Assembly (NCBI GenBank): GCA_973895155.1 | Contig: OZ316895.1 | Coordinates: 22,642,558-22,706,557, forward strand | Origin: Marsupella aquatica | Taxonomy: Eukaryota; Plantae; Marchantiophyta | Direction: 5' to 3' | Length of the DNA stretch: 64,000 bases | In this document: positions 40,325 through 51,135 of the stretch, in pieces | Numbering within the stretch: the first letter of the stretch is position 1 | How the letters are laid out: every line of letters starts with the position of its first letter | Notes under the pieces: model-generated | The model's database searches: none | Seen by the model: the letters and a program-made list of their open reading frames with translations, nothing else | Told to the model about the DNA's origin: nothing | Translations under genes and position numbers: made by a program

Positions 40325-43300
40325 ATGTCATCTTTGCTCGCGTACGGTTCAGGTCTTCTCTCTGAAGATATATGGTCAGGTGCAGGATTATCGGAGCCTT
40401 GGGCTCAGTCCTTTGGATTTGGGGAGGGAGACAGCTTATCTGTAGGCGACGATGGCGAGTCAAGTGGATCTCAATCGTCAGGAAGCGATGATAAGGGGGG
40501 GTTGTCACAGTTTTTTAGCGTGATCCAAGCAGCTACTCCACCGGAGGCGTTGAGTTCTCCTAATTTATTGACGAAGTCCTCCACGAAGAAGGAGTTGCAC
40601 TGGGACTCCCCCCCGCAGTCTCCGAGTACGGTTTTTGTGCACTTACCGTACTCAGTGCTAAGCTTAATTTCGACTGGAACAAAAACCGCTGCCGTGGTTG
40701 TCGGCGTGTTCCAGCATGGCTCGGACAGTGTTGTGGAGACGTTGCTTTACCTCCCAAAGGTGGCAAACTTTGCGGAGTTCGTCTCCTTCAAACCGGACTT
40801 GCTAAGCTGTGTCAATGGCAAGGTGGGTCTGCTTCCCTTACCCTCTCTGTTTGTGCCATGAAGGAATAACTCATAGTTTTCTACTATGTGACTGCGCTTG
40901 AAGAGAGAAGTCTGAATGGCGTACCATGCAATCTATTGAGAAAGAAGGAAGAAAATGATTTATTTATTCTCCTCGTAGCCCAAAGTGTACTGCAACAATG
41001 CACAATACGAACAAGAAAATTATTCTTGACCGATATTAGACGTTCCAATAAAGCAACTCTGCTTTCTATGAACGGGACTAGAATGGAATTGGAGCGAAGC
41101 GAGATATTGTTTCAAAATCCACATGAGAATCGTACGTACAATACAGGCAAAGTGCTTGGGTAGGAAAGATATGACTCAACCGCGTAAATACAATTTGAAA
41201 GAGGCCATAGCAAACAAACCTTCTTATTTCACCAATTACAGAGATTTAACCGGACAATATAGACACTATACTTATTCTGCAGTTTGAGTCACAGCCTTGC
41301 TGAACATCGTAGACTTTGAATTATTGGACATGAGAGAGATGGACAAAGAAAATATACTACACGTGCAGCATCTTGGAACACTAGTGGTTATACATACGGC
41401 GTCTTGGATCAAATGAGAGGACCAAACAAACCTCTCGCTAGTATAGTTGATAATCATAAACAGGTGATACAAACTAAGCTTGAGAGTTCTTTCGTAGACT
41501 CAAACAAGAACGGATCGTATTCGTCCTGTTGCTGCAAACCAGATTGGTTGCAAAATCTCAAAGGTCTCATGGTTTCCCTCCAATCGTCAGTCTGTACTTC
41601 GAAACTATTCCAATAGCAGTACTTTCCCAAGAAGCCCGTAAGGCTAGTGAATTAGCTAGAGTGCATTGATTTCCGAGAAGAGTAGACAAGAATGGAATCT
41701 ACCTGATTGTTAAAAGTAGGAGCCCACGTTGACAGGAAACTCCATTGGCCACTGAGCTGCAGTAGTTTCTACTAACTAGCTTCTAAATCGAGAAGTCACC
41801 GATCACGAATATGGATCGCGCCTGTGGTTCATGTTCTTTCCACGATGGTTTCACCGATCTAAGTTTGTCCGTCTTTCCTCGAGTTTAAAGCAGGTGAGCG
41901 ATCAAGCATTAACATTTCCTCCATAGCGCTATGATTGCTTCCAGCAAACACCAGCAGGTGCTGAATGTTGCTGCTGGTGGTTTTGTTTTACCAGGTTTGC
42001 TCCACAGAGTTGTTGGATCTTCCACCCGAGTTCAGTATTGCTCTCAAAAAACGGCCTCGGTATTTCCTGGGTCTCCGTTTTTCATTGGAAAAGTAAGTAT
42101 TGAAATGCATCAAGCAGATTCTGGAAACTCGAAGGAAGTTGCGAATCCTGATTGAATGTTTGTTGTCGCCGAAACATAGGCTGAGCGTGTGTAGTAGAAC
42201 CGATAAACAAGTCAAGATACATCCATCAGCTAATTTGAGGTTCCTCAATGGTTACGACTTTCCAAAACAATGACATGTTAGTCTTTTTAAGGTGGAGAAG
42301 CTTAGGCAATGTTCTTGTTATATTTGGCAATCTTAATGGTTATTACTTGTTTCCTGACCCTCAGATACAATGGAATTATCTTCGGACTTTGGTGTGATGG
42401 AACCGAAGTGCCAGCAACAACAGAAGCAGTGTTTGCGGATGTTGTGCAGTCCCTTCCAGTGTTGTTATCAAATCGTATTAATGCAAGGAAGTTCGATCGT
42501 CTCGGCAGACGTTTCGATGCTATGATGAAGGTAATATCAGATGCGGTTCTGTTTGTTGATGATCAGTCCGCTCAAACTTACATCAATCATGCAGCTGCCA
42601 GTCTTCTAGGTCTCCCAAACCATGGAGAGGTTGAACCAAATGAGGTTGCTGTTGCAATGAGGGCGCTCACAGAACGTTGTGGCGGTCGTACAGATCCTCA
42701 ACAGTATGGCCTCTATTGCCTTATAACTCGTATTTCCTTTCTTCCTTAGTTAATTCTTGTTACCTTTCTTCCTTACATAATTGTCACTTTCTTGTTGTTT
42801 AAATGATCTCAGAGCGTGTACGCTTGTATTTCCCTTGGTCGAAATTTTGTTTCTGCATTTATTATCTTCTCTTTGCATTTGCAGCATTTTCTGTTAGAGA
42901 TTCTCTTCTTCTCTTGTTTTGGTTAATAACCCAGCTCGAGATTCCCATCAATCCTTTCCTTTCTCTTCATTAGAAATGTCCTCATTGTATGCTGCAACTA
43001 ATGAAGGCTGACGCAAGGCAACGTGGGATGTTGGGTTTGGACAAATCAGTTGGATGAGATTGGTTTCAACTGATGAGGAAGTGGAGATAGAAGAAGATTG
43101 GGAACTCACAATGCCCAGGCGTGTACTACACGTGCGCTCATATCCAGTCACCGCCCGTGCTGCCCATGGGCGACTCTGGATTTATTCGGATGTAACATCT
43201 GCGAGGGATGCTGAAGTGGCCATAGAGGTTGCAAACAGAGCGAAGTCCCAGTTTCTTGCCATGATGAGCCATGAACTGCGAACTCCTATGACAGGTATCG

Positions 43301-46300
43301 AACGAGATAATTTGGAGATTACAAGATTTGGGATAAGCACTGGCATCTGATGCATGATTGATCACAAGGTTTCTCTGTTGGCGTTGAAGTCTGCTTGTTA
43401 GACTTTTTTTAGGATTCATTGTTTTGATCATTTTCTTTCTTTTTGCTCTGAAGTTGTGGTCCAAATGGTATGGTTTTCATTTTTTCGAATAGAAGTATTG
43501 TGTCCCATGATGTGTATTTATGCCGGCATTCTTGCTCACAGTGTTAAATGATGCTGTGGGTGATTCAGGTGTATTAGGAATGCTGGATCTGTTGCACATG
43601 ACAAATCTGGAGTCAGAACAGCAGGGATTGTTGAAGATTATGCAGGAATCTGCTGAGGGTCTCATGGAAGTTATTAATAATATTCTTGACTTTTGTAAGA
43701 TAGAGGCTGGCCGCCTTGAGCTTGAAGAGATTGACTTCTCTCTCAGTGACATGTTTGAACAGGTACCACTCTTCTAACGTCCTGAAATGCTAGTAATTTG
43801 GCCTTAAGGCCAACTTCTGGTACAGTGGTTGTGCACACCCCTGACATATTCACCTGCTTTAGATAAAGGTTGCATGTCAAGGTTCCTCTTCCATTTCTTA
43901 AATGGCAATTTGATAGCCTGTTCTAGCTGCCATGCGAGGTGTGGCAGCACAGGCGAAAATAAGATTTGGTGTAGTGGTGGTGCTGTTCTAAAGTCTATAT
44001 TATGCTGCAGACGAGTTGAGAAGAGAGCTGAAACTGACGATACTTTTACTTTCAGATCCAGAGTATGGTGAAGACGAGCTTTCTGAGGAAAGAATTGAAG
44101 ATGACCGTCTCGGGAGAGCCCGTTGGTAGGAATGTTGTACGCGGGGATCCTGTCCGTCTGCGCCAGGTATAAGCCTTAGATCTAGAGCATGATGTCGCTC
44201 TCGAAATTACTATTCAATCTGGAGTTTTGAGCTAGACTTTTGTATCTTGTATTGTTGCTATGTCTTCCCCTTTCTTCATACTGTCTGAACAATTTCTTAA
44301 ACGTACTGCACGCTCGGTAACAGTTCAATGGTCTCTGAGAATTCCCTCTAGTCACTGCCTCTATCTGAGACAGTCTGTGGTAACGCTGGGACACTCTCAA
44401 TGAAACGCAGGTACTATTGAACGTAATCAGCAACGCTATTAAATTCACTGAGGATGGAAGCATTAGCATGTCATGGCGTTTTCTTGGTCCTCAATGGGTG
44501 GACACACCTATGGTGGCAATGTCACAAGCTTCCTCCGGGAAGAGTAAACTTATCAATCAGATTATCCATGCCTCTCGTGGGGAAAAGTGCACTGTAGAAC
44601 ACTCAACTTCTGCAACAGGAAGGTCTGTCATAGTGGTTAATTGCTCCAGTGCAGGAGCTGCTGGTCCTTACCTCGAGTCGCCTTTCGGCCTTACTATACC
44701 TCCTGTTCCATCAACTCCATCTCCTTTCTCACAGCAAAGCCAGCCTGAGGCCAGCGCTTTCACGGGAAGTAGCGCTAGGAAGTTGCCCACACAGAGTACT
44801 TCCTTTCCCGTTAAGTATTCTCACGGACCTGAGAAAAGGCCCGTGCTAGAAGTATTTCAAGATGGAGATACAAGACATCGTTTCATCGACCGGAAAAGTT
44901 TAGTAGGAAATGAACCTCAGAGGACCCCCAGTTATAGTGACTTAGTATTAAAAGCAAGAAAGACCACATCTGATGAGTTGTCAACTCCTCCCTTCAATGA
45001 GAAACCTCTCGTCAAAAATCCAACTTCAGGTTCTGATGAGAGGGATTTTAGGGCCAGTAAGTATCAAAGACTGCCTGTGGAGAATTTTATTAACCTTCAG
45101 CGTCGCAATTCTCTAGTGGACCAAAGTCTGTATCCTGAAGGAATTGGAATTGACACAGTTCCCCACTGGCGTATTGCCATGGTGGATTCTCTCTCTGCTA
45201 CCTCTTTACAATCAAACAATGGGAGGGTCCCTATTCTGAGAGCTGAGAACTTAACTGCCAGAAGCAGAGAGAAAATCGAAATGGTGACCCAAAGTCAAAG
45301 AGCGTCTCAACTAAGACCCCATGTGTGTACTGGTAACGTGTCAAGTCAAGCAGAGGATTTATCTGATGCTACTTCCAGAGAAGAAGCAAACACGGCTGGG
45401 CCAACTAGTGGTCCGAAATTTTGTAAAATATGTAAAAGTCTATTATATGTTAAGGATGAGTCGATGGGGATCCGACCAGAAGATAAAGTATGGCTGGAAG
45501 TCACGATTTCAGATACAGGAGTGGGTATCGGAAAGGAGCAGCTGGACCGATTATTTGTGGGGTCACAAGCAGGAAGCCAAAGAGTGTAAGAGCAACTGAA
45601 CACCCAGGCTTTGTATTGAATGGGCTCCTTTCTCTCTCCATATTGTAGTACTTAACTAAATTTAGGGATAGAGAGTTGGAGACAATTCGTGGGCATTTGC
45701 TTACATGACAAAAGAAGGTGTTTCTCACTCGAAATAAGTGGCTTGCAGAAATGCATCAGGTACGGGACTTGGGCTAGCTATCTGCAAGGGATTGCTGTGT
45801 TTGATGAATGGGAAGGTTCAGATGGAGAGTAAGATTGGAGAGGGGACTACAGTCATCTTGACTGTCCCATTGTTACCAGCCGCAGAGACTGTCCAAGAAC
45901 TTGTAGAATCAAACTCCCCAGGCAAGCCTACTTCGGGAGCGGAATCTATCAATCCAGGGGTGCAAACGACTGCAGTTCCCGAATCTCATTGCAGCAAGCC
46001 TGTGGTTGCGGAAGCAAAGATTGGCACAAAGACCGAAACAAAGGCTCAAGCAAAGGGACCTGAAACAAATGCCGCTGGATCAAGAAAGGAGAAGATTAAG
46101 GTCCTGGTGGCAGAAGACAACAGGGTTAACCAGCTCCTGATTCGCAAAATGTTTCAGCATCTTGGCCATCAGGTATTCAACCTCGCTTCCTCTGAATTCT
46201 TTTAATCTAAGTTTTGCGCTTCACTTTCAGGGTTTAGGGTAGTTTCTGGTTTTATCTTTTTGGTTGGTTCTCCCTGAATAGCGTCGAAGTGAATTGTTTT

Positions 46301-46758
46301 GTGGACCAACCTTTCCTTTTGCCAGTTTCTCTTGTTGAACAGTATAGTCAATGCCATGACACCTAATTGCCCCTCGCTAGTAGCATAAGGACACAGGAAA
46401 CGATCTCTTCTCCTTTTTGTCCGACTTTATAGCTAACTACGTGGGGGGCCTTGAATCTTTACAGGTAGAAATTGTTGGAAATGGAAAACTGGCACTTGAG
46501 GCCGTGCAGAGAACAAGTTTTGATTTGGTCTTAATGGATGTTCAAATGCCCATTCTGGATGGTTTGAGTGCTACCAGGGCAATCAGAGCCCTTTCCCTGC
46601 CAGCATCACAGACACCCATCTATGCCCTGTCCGCTGATACTCCTGGCAGTGGACCGATGGAGGAGACGGGGCTAGATGGATACTTGAAGAAACCCATTGC
46701 CTGGGACATGATGTCAAAATTGGTAGCCCAAATTCAAGATGCCAAGGATGAGTTGTAG
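40325..46758 (+). CDS. Soluble hybrid histidine kinase: GAF-like, PAS, HisKA, HATPase_c (with large insert), receiver
   Basis: Phase-consistent GT-AG exons 40325-40822, 41995-42092, 42365-42703, 43050-43294, 43569-43762, 44056-44166, 44411-45585, 45749-46172, 46465-46758. H-box AKSQFLAMMSHELRTPMTG, N-box GDPVRLRQVLLNVISNAIKFT, G1 ISDTGVGI, G2 GTGLGLAI, receiver VAEDN..LMDVQMPILDG..ALSA..KP. PAS-like RFDAMMKVISDAVLFVD..YINHAAASLLG. Start codon and exon 1 are less certain. Confidence 0.88.
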
Positions 46759-48945
46759 AGTAGGATCCCCGGTAGGATCTCTGGACGTTATTAGAGAAAT
46801 TGTTACCTTTATGTGACGTCAGAGCTGCCTGCTATTTCCACCTCTCCATTCGTGGGTCGAGTTGTAGGTTGTACAGATCCAGATGGTTGCATTGGGGACG
46901 AGGGTACTAGCTAACACAAATAGAGAAGCAATATTTGTTGTGGGACCTTTTGGCTCCCCTCATCTTAAACTGGCTGGTTTCTCCATCGATTCTGTTAAGG
47001 TCTGGTATGAATTTAGTTCAGTGTTGATGGTTGCCTCTCTTGCTGCATGATTTAGGAAGCACACTACGTATTTCAGCTGTACTTAGTGGGGATGGGTATT
47101 TTATTTCTTTTAATCTGACTGCCTGCAACACCCGCCAGAGATGTGAAGCATGTCATGTTATTTCCGAGCTGGGGTTTTGGGAGCATGGGTAGAGCAATTC
47201 CACTGAAAGTGAAAAGGGCTAAAGGAGATGCATGTGCTTGCATATGGCTAAGTATGCAATGGCTAAGTATACAATGCAATGGCGAAGTATGCATCGTCAA
47301 GTGGATTGCACAAAGTATGCACAAAATGCAAAGACTTGTTCACCTAGTGGGTGGCCTTGACGCATGCCCACAGCTCAGGGAGGAGGTTGAAAGCTTTTTA
47401 CAAGTAGTAAAGTTGTCAATAAGGAAGGAGAGATGTTGCACAAGAAAAGGATAAATTGGACAACGGAGTAGCAAGATGAGCATGTGCATTACCCTCATGG
47501 AGAGAACTTTAAAGTTGCTATCTCTAGCACTACAGTATGTTGAACACTCTTGACATAGGCAGATATGCTCCACATATCAGGTGGGGTTGAGTTGGTACTT
47601 TAGTGGATGACCCTGCATCCATGGTGATGAGCCAAATGTACATCTACTCAACAATATTGAGGAGAACTTTGTGCCTACCTATGATCTCTGGAAGAAGATT
47701 GGGTTGGGTTAAAGGAAACCCTTGCACTAGCAGGAACAGACATTACAGTACCTTAGTATGGTGGTGCATGGTTGATTTGGAAATCATCCACTTGAAACAA
47801 ATCACTTCTCTTGCCACCAATGAGAGCAAAATGTCCTGAGTGTGTTAGACTTACAGGCATCTGGAAATAGATTTCAAAGTAAATTATTTTTTTTTGACAA
47901 AACTTTTGTGGCATATGACACAGCCTGGACCACACTTCCTTACCTCAATGACTTCCTGGTCTGGTTGTCACTTCTGTGCCTAGATGACACAGACAATTCC
48001 TCAATGGCTTCAATGCCTCGACAACCTTACCTTGCCTCAATGACACATCCTTGTCTCATACCTTTCTTGCCTCATCTACACTTATTTGACTTCTCCAAAA
48101 AATTTCCTAAGCAAAACACAGCTATTGGGCAGTCTATTGTTAACATCCCCTATGAAATCACAGAACATGCTAGCACATTGATATCAATAGTAATGACAAG
48201 CTAAAAGAAAATTTTCCATAATTAGTAACTAAATGAAAGCTTCCTAGAATCAGGTTTTATGAGTGTGTTTGCCACTCACACTAGACTTCGGACACAAGTT
48301 GGAAAAGATTGACGAGAAATATCTCCAAAATATATAGAAATATCTCTTGGGATCCTCTCATCTTGAGCCAACTACATCAAGAGGAAGTTGTAAGTGCCAC
48401 CAGCTCAGGTGACAAAGACTACATGGGACCCACAGGAGTACAACTGTACTAGTGTAGTGACTCCCCTTGACTGAATTTTTTGTGTTTTGGGGTTTTTGGG
48501 TTGGGGGGCTTATAATGATACCCTTGATGTCTCTTTGCTAAATGGTTGGGACCTTCCTAGCTGGACCATGGTTGGTCCTTGTGGTTGTGATCTTGAGAGG
48601 TGAACTTAAGTGTATATTTTGAGGTACCATGTGCTATCCTAGCCTAATATAGATACTCCTATTTAAAAAAACACATTCTAATCTGAATATTCTCTATATT
48701 CAGTTCAGTCAGGATGCCATGTTTGGTTGAATGAATCCTCAATGGCTTCACCCTTTTCCTTGTTCGATAAGTCCATAGGAGCAACAGTACACGCGTGGAT
48801 TGTCCTTTTTTTTGTCAAAGCCCCAACTCAATTCAAAACTTGAAAATAGGAGTCAATTCAGTCACAATGCGCTGCACCATCCCGAAGTTCAAAACCCATG
48901 AGTAGGGGGGATAGTGGGATTTCCGCTAGCTCAGAAGGATCTACC

Positions 48946-49230
48946 CTCGGGGGGTTAACTAAGTGTATATTTTGGGGTACCACGTGTGATCATAGCCTAT
49001 ATAAATAGACCTATTTTATAAAGAAAATATTCCAAGATATTCTTCATTTTCAATATTAATAACCTATTTTATTTTATAAAAAGTATATATTAGAGAATAT
49101 TCTATAAACATGAGTTTATAATACCTTCTTTTGCCTCTTACATTTTTTAAAAATTTAGTTAATTTCTATCAAAAATATATATTTTGGATCGCACGTGGTT
49201 CCTAAGATTTTTGATAATCAACCCCCCGAG
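48946..49230. mobile_element. hAT-like MITE, 285 bp
   Basis: Imperfect ~45-bp TIRs (ctcggggggtt...accacgtgtgatc / gatcgcacgtggt...aaccccccgag); 8-bp TSD gatctacc / gatctgcc; AT-rich interior. A truncated copy of the left end sits at ~48598-48665. Confidence 0.75.
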
Positions 49231-50906
49231 GATCTGCCGGCAAAATGTATTTATTGTTTGCTGTTGGGTAACGGATGCTTAGGGGAGCAGGCAACACGTC
49301 TGCCATCAAAACAATAAAATAATGAGTATAAATTTGGAAATTGGTTGGCTGGGCGGCCATTTCAAAGGCTGATGTGCTTATTTACTTTCTCGGAATCCCT
49401 CTAACCCCCTGCCTGTCTGCTTTTAAATTTCCAAGTCTTGCAAAAGGGTTTCACCGGACTGGCCAGTCTGCTCTTATCTGCCCCACAACAGATTAGGTCC
49501 TTTCAGCTTGGTCGCCCCAGTCAAGAGGCTCGTATACAGCATGGCCGGAGCCTATAATGACTAGCACGATTACCCGTTCTTTGAATGTGAATAGAGGTGA
49601 GGACAATAAAGTGTCAACAAAACATATTCCCTAGTGTCATAAAAATAATTTATGAATAGACAAAAGGAAACCCCACTTGATAGATTTCTCCATCAAGAGG
49701 AAAGTCCAGCGTACACAGTTTCAGGGCTAAAAACTAATTAGTGGAGCAAGGGTCAGGAAACCAAACAGCTGAAAATTAAAACAAATTGCACTGCAATTTT
49801 ATTATCAAACACTTACTTCTTCATGCCTCTATTCACATTTCCTCTGGGTAGTACTCTTGTTATATGTTCCATTCTTCTTTTGAAAATTTGTAAAGAAAAG
49901 AAATTAGTATTTTGCTTGTATTATAAATTCTGTTGCTGCAGACATGAAGCATGGTTTAGCTGCATCATAATACCTCCCAAAACTCACCGCTAATTCTACC
50001 CTATTTCCCTATCATCATTGCCCCTTTAGATTAATGAAAAGAAACAAAACTTCTGCCAAAAAACAATTCTACCCTATTTCTGTTTCAACTTTGCTCTGTC
50101 TTTTTGTCCACCATACTTTCAGTTTTTGTCTTTACTATGTCTTTTTGTCCACCATACTTTCAGTTTTTGTCTTTACTAAGAGTCATTGTGAGCTTTGAAA
50201 TGATGATAGAAACCATGGTACATGTCATCATTTTAATATACATCATTCTCTTCCATGCATCTTTTCCCATGCACATGAATTTTGGTGGGGCCCTGGTTTG
50301 GCCTTGACAGGCATATTGGGGGTCTCGACCCCGTCAAACCATCACCCAGTCGTCTGGTCCCCCACCCACCCACCCGGCCCGCCACAGCCCTGACCCCGCC
50401 CGGCCGCGACCCCGAACCAGGGGACCGGTTCGTAGACCAGAGTTGTCCAAGGGAAAACTTAAGAATGGCCGGGGAATCAGTCTAAATATGTGTCAAATTG
50501 TCTTTTTTTGGCCTATCCTTTGACGGTTTTACATGCTCGGCAAGGCTGTCAAGTTGCCCGTCAGGTTAAATGAGGGGTGGGGCCCTATCACTTTTTCCAT
50601 GCACATATGTCTTTGTGTGCACATACATTCTGGTGGGCCCCAACTCCAACTACCCTTTGAAAAGCTGCTTTCGTAGTGAGAGTTCCTGCCCCTAGCAGCC
50701 ATCCACGAAGGTTTATTAGCTGCGCCATGACGTTCAGCTCATGCAACTTTGAGTCACAAAGTTACGATTGTAGAAATACGCCGTGACCCAGTTGGGTTAC
50801 TTACGATTACAATCGGCGAGCAGCATACGTCCAACCACTACTTATCCACACAGAGAGAGGGAGAGAGAAAATGAATCTGTGGTCGTTCGCAAGGCAGAGA
50901 TTGAAG

Positions 50907-51072
50907 AGGGACCTCTGCCATGCTTGCAGCTTGAAGTTAAAGTTGTGGAAACGTTTCCGAAAGGGAGAGATCGTTGAGTTTGTGGAGAACAGGGACCTCT
51001 GCCATGCCTGCGGCTTGAAGCAAAAGTTGTGGAAACGTTTCTGAAAGGGAGAGACCGTTGAATTTGTGGAGA
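50907..51072 (+). repeat. 84-bp tandem duplication upstream of SHMT copy 1 (likely 5' UTR/promoter)
   Basis: agggacctctgccatgc..gcttgaag..aagttgtggaaacgtttc.gaaagggagaga.cgttga.tttgtggaga at 50907 and 50991. Confidence 0.85.
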
Positions 51073-51090
51073 GCCGTTCTTGAATTGTGG

Positions 51091-51093
<3 letters not shown>

Positions 51094-51133
<40 letters not shown>
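51094..51133 (+). repeat. (GA)20 microsatellite just upstream of the SHMT copy 1 ATG
   Basis: Direct reading of sequence. Confidence 0.95.

Positions 51134-51135
<2 letters not shown>

Noticed and set aside
41931-42155. ORF-track frame for histidine kinase exon 2
   Set aside because: Splice phases require the other frame (41995-42092, VCSTELLDLPPEF...SLEK).
47073-48204. Possible decayed MULE/SWIM transposase fragments
   Set aside because: No convincing colinear motif set could be reconstructed by eye.
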